DNA of 10,541 nucleotides from Candidatus Undinarchaeota archaeon (GTDB taxonomy: Archaea > SpSt-1190). Below, in pieces: positions 8,028 to 10,541 of this stretch. Each line of letters opens with the position of its first letter. Position 1 is the stretch's first letter. The notes below the pieces were generated by a model. It was not told the origin of the DNA. It saw nothing but the letters and a program-made list of their open reading frames with translations, and searched no databases. The stretch lies in NCBI GenBank assembly GCA_964449215.1, contig CAYVAH010000005.1, forward strand, positions 1 through 10,541. Reading direction: 5' to 3'. A program made the position numbers and the translations under genes.

Positions 8028-8918
8028 TCACCCAACCCCAAGAATTCTCTCGAGCCTCCGGTCAACCTCTTCCCCGGGGTCTATGCGCCTGACACCATTG
8101 ACTATAAGCTCGTCGCTGTCGGTCATCTCATTGTGTTTGACCCTGCCATAGAGTCTCAGCTCTTCCAGCATGGGGACCTTCTTCAACAGTGTCTCATACC
8201 CCGACATCTCGGCAATCTCTATTGCCTTTTCCCTTGAGACCCCGAGAAGTTCCTCGGCGGCTCTCCTGAAGAAGACTGCCCTTATAGACCCCGTGCTGTC
8301 CTCAATTGTCCCGCTTATCATGAGCTGTTTCCCTTCCGGGCTTTCAAAGAAAAGCCTGTCCGAGACACGGACCAACGCCGCTTTTGTGAGCACGTTGTCA
8401 CCAGCCTTGAACTGGTCAATTGTCTTTTCAATTGCCTGCTTTTTTCCAGATTTCAAGGACGATGGAATGTCCTTTGGATTTACTTTAACCACCGACCTGT
8501 TTCCAGCCCTGATTTCCAGTCCTGAATCTGTCTTTTTGGTGTAGCCCCCCGATATGTGAATTACATCCCCCGGGTTGATGTCAAGTTCCGCGTTCTTATC
8601 CCACAGGCTCACCCTCACGCTCCCTGTGCTGTCCTCAGCCAGCAGATTCTTGACTTTCCCTTCCCTGTTGTCCTTTTTGAACTCCCGGGCAGGATAGCTC
8701 CTCACAATCCTCAGGAATATGTCGACAACCATGTTCTCTTCAAGGTCCTCGACTTTCCACGTTGCTTTCAGGTTCAGACCCAGTTCGCTGGCTATGATAT
8801 GTGCGGCTCCTTCTTCACTGATGAGATAATCCAGCTCCTTACGCTTTGCCTCTATGAGACTCCAGATTTCCTCCTCAGGTTTTCCTGTCTTTTCGACGAT
8901 GAGCTTTACAAGGTCCAC
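8028..8918 (-). CDS. Replication protein A / single-stranded DNA-binding OB-fold protein (DUF2240-like N-terminus)
   Basis: N-terminal helical domain LIVEKTG...LISEEGAAHIIASELG, then OB folds (REFKKDNREGKVKNLLAEDSTGSVRVSLWD; GTIEDSTGSIRAVFF). The real start is probably in-frame GTG 8918 (296 aa), because the track's upstream extension overlaps the neighbouring gene. Confidence 0.85.
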   Translation of the reverse strand: MDLVKLIVEKTGKPEEEIWSLIEAKRKELDYLISEEGAAHIIASELGLNLKATWKVEDLEENMVVDIFLRIVRSYPAREFKKDNREGKVKNLLAEDSTGSVRVSLWDKNAELDINPGDVIHISGGYTKKTDSGLEIRAGNRSVVKVNPKDIPSSLKSGKKQAIEKTIDQFKAGDNVLTKAALVRVSDRLFFESPEGKQLMISGTIEDSTGSIRAVFFRRAAEELLGVSREKAIEIAEMSGYETLLKKVPMLEELRLYGRVKHNEMTDSDELIVNGVRRIDPGEEVDRRLERILGVG

Positions 8919-8941
8919 ATATGAATTTCCCCAGGAAGTTT

Positions 8942-9460
8942 TTATTTGTATGTGAATTCCATATTTGGTAGCTCCTTGTAGAAGAACCTGTTGAGTTTCC
9001 CATTTTTCACGTAAACGCCTCTGTTCTTCATAAAATTGTGGATTTTTTCCAGCAACATGTTTGTGTCCTTGCAGTCTATCTGGTTGTTGTCGCATATGTT
9101 GTTGTTGACCATAATGTGGCCGACAAGGGCGGCGTAGGCGACTTCCATCGCCCTAATCTCCTCAAGCCCATGTTTTTTGAGGCCATCTATCAGTTCTTTG
9201 GTCCATTTCAGGTGTCGCTCATCTTTTCCGCGCATATGCCCCCCATAGTGCGTGAAAAAGATGTCTTTTTCACTTATGGAGGGATTCCATGAATACTTTT
9301 TTTCCTTTATGAATTCAGATATTTCGAGCAGAAGCTTCCCGAATCCCTTCCGGGGGTCCTCCAGGACGCTGGGGGTCACCCTTTCATGTTTTACTTCATA
9401 TTCCCAGATTTCCTTTGGGAATTTTTCCAAGGATTCCTTGTACCTCCTGTAATCCACCAT
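8942..9460 (-). CDS. Hypothetical protein
   Basis: 172 aa Lys/Glu-rich ORF filling the gap between two genes, with an ATG start and a TTATAAAT box (9480-9487) 20-27 nt upstream. No family recognised. Confidence 0.75.
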   Translation of the reverse strand: MVDYRRYKESLEKFPKEIWEYEVKHERVTPSVLEDPRKGFGKLLLEISEFIKEKKYSWNPSISEKDIFFTHYGGHMRGKDERHLKWTKELIDGLKKHGLEEIRAMEVAYAALVGHIMVNNNICDNNQIDCKDTNMLLEKIHNFMKNRGVYVKNGKLNRFFYKELPNMEFTYK

Positions 9461-9492
9461 GCTTTAGCATATTCAAGTAATTTATAATGATT

Positions 9493-10365
9493 TCATTTTC
9501 CGGTGGTATCTCTGATTTCAATTCCCCAGAGACCCGCATAGCTCTCCGCAGCCTTTCCAATGCTTTTACAGAACACCACCAGCTTTGCTGGCAGCCCGAG
9601 AATTAAGTGTTTTTCCCTGAGAGCCTTGAGATGATTCAGACCCACATATTCCCTCTCCAGTGCAAGGTAGAACTGCCTGTTGACAGGGTCCCAGGCGGCA
9701 AGGTCGAACTTGAGCGCCACCTTTGTCGGGCCGTCCCTCAGCACCCAGGTCTCAATCTTGAAGGGTTTCCACACCCTGTAGTGGTCAGGGAATCTGGCGT
9801 TTGATTCCTTGAACTCGGCGGAGACGGGGCTGTACCCCGGGGCTACAGCATAGGTTTGCCCACCGATTGATCTCCTTTCGACCAGGCCGTAGTGCTCGAG
9901 GAGGTTGATAGCCCTCTTGTTCCTGGGGGTTTCCTTCAACGGGCCTCTCTCAACTTCTTTCAGAGTTTCGAGCGGGATCCCCCCTCCTTTCTGCACGAGG
10001 GACCTGACCTTGGCCTGCAATTTTCCCTCCTGACCCCGGGTGTAAAAAATTCTACCGAAGCGCTTCCCTCCAGCTATCACGGGTTTCTGGGTATGGAGGA
10101 GTCCTTTCTTTATCCGGGACAGGACCAGCCTCATATGTGCGAGGATGTTCTTCTCAGCGGTGTTTTTCCCTATCTTCCTGCCAAACTGCATCCTGTAATT
10201 TCTTATCAGGGAAGAGCCCATTGATGGCAGCCGGGGTGTCAGGTAGTCAAGTGCGACCTCCCATATCTCGGACTCCGCGAGGGGTCCCTTTGAAAGCTCC
10301 GCCTTCACGTGCTCCCGCAAGGACTCTTCCAGCCCCTTCGTGACTATGCCTATGCTTGGCCTCAC
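9493..10365 (-). CDS. Hypothetical protein; probable winged-helix domains plus a C-terminal restriction-endonuclease-like (Mrr-type) fold
   Basis: 290 aa, GTG start with an AT-rich box upstream. wHTH-like segments ELSKGPLAESEIWE and AINLLEHYGLVERRSIGGQTY. The C-terminus FDLAAWD...YVGLNHLKAL...KLVVFCKSIGKAAESYAGLWGIEI resembles the Mrr_cat pattern. The CDS is well supported; the domain calls are inference. Confidence 0.65.
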   Translation of the reverse strand: MRPSIGIVTKGLEESLREHVKAELSKGPLAESEIWEVALDYLTPRLPSMGSSLIRNYRMQFGRKIGKNTAEKNILAHMRLVLSRIKKGLLHTQKPVIAGGKRFGRIFYTRGQEGKLQAKVRSLVQKGGGIPLETLKEVERGPLKETPRNKRAINLLEHYGLVERRSIGGQTYAVAPGYSPVSAEFKESNARFPDHYRVWKPFKIETWVLRDGPTKVALKFDLAAWDPVNRQFYLALEREYVGLNHLKALREKHLILGLPAKLVVFCKSIGKAAESYAGLWGIEIRDTTGK

Positions 10366-10379
10366 ATAATACTATAACC

Positions 10380-10391
10380 TATATAATTAAA
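10380..10391. promoter_or_regulatory. Putative bidirectional TATA core for the 290-aa gene (-) and the C/D RNA (+)
   Basis: TATATAATTAAA lies about 15-20 nt from both GTG 10365 and box C at 10408. Confidence 0.5.
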
Positions 10392-10407
10392 TCCTGCTGG
10401 TGTTTCC

Positions 10408-10540
10408 GTGATGACAAGGCTCCTCTGATAAGCTTTTTGCGACGCTCCCCTACGGGTCGCTGCGAAAAGCTCGACCAAATCCCAGGCGGGGTTTGAGAAG
10501 GGGTGCAGCCCCTTTCGGTGATGAGGATTATGAGTGCTGA
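10408..10540 (+). ncRNA. Box C/D 2'-O-methylation guide sRNA, predicted tRNA-Met Cm34 guide, with a long D'-C' insertion
   Basis: Box C GTGATGA 10408-10414; 10-nt guide CAAGGCTCCT; box D' CTGA 10425-10428; 89-nt structured linker; box C' GTGATGA 10518-10524; 12-nt guide GGATTATGAGTG; box D CTGA 10537-10540. The D guide is antisense to ACUCAUAAUCC, a CAU anticodon arm. Confidence 0.82.
10431..10515 (+). repeat. Three adjacent inverted repeats (hairpins) inside the sRNA
   Basis: H1: AGCTTTTTGC (10431-10440) with GCGAAAAGCT (10462-10471) and an inner CCC-CTAC-GGG. H2: CAAATCCC-AGGC-GGGGTTTG (10476-10495). H3: GAAGGGG-TGCAG-CCCCTTT (10497-10515). Confidence 0.75.
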
Positions 10541-10541
10541 C

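Noticed and set aside
8919..9095. N-terminal extension of the RPA ORF, or a frameshift fusion with the 172-aa gene
   Set aside because: RPA-like sequence begins at GTG 8918 behind an AT-rich box, and the extension overlaps a plausible separate gene in another frame.
10431..10515. Hairpins as an intrinsic terminator, tRNA or CRISPR repeat
   Set aside because: They lie upstream of the adjacent gene's start rather than at a 3' end, and there is no cloverleaf or T-loop motif and no regularly spaced direct repeats.

Overview
Compact archaeal window, probably from a DPANN-type lineage. That placement is inferred from the RPA architecture, TATA-box promoters with apparently leaderless starts, and a box C/D RNA. 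The left half (18-5062) looks like a glycan-tailoring cluster: GT2 glycosyltransferase, NodU/CmcH/TobZ-type carbamoyltransferase, ornithine carbamoyltransferase, polysaccharide deacetylase and an ATP-grasp ligase. Next come a class II lysyl-tRNA synthetase, a low-GC AAA_14/DUF4143-type ATPase, an OB-fold RPA/SSB protein apparently missing its zinc finger, an orphan ORF, and a winged-helix protein with a degenerate nuclease-like tail. The most striking signal is non-coding, at the far right (10408-10540): a box C/D guide RNA with four perfect boxes. Its D guide is complementary to a CAU tRNA anticodon arm and places the methylation site exactly on wobble C34, consistent with elongator tRNA-Met Cm34. 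Its D'-C' loop carries an unusual 89-nt three-hairpin insertion. All family calls come from motifs recognised by eye; no searches were run.
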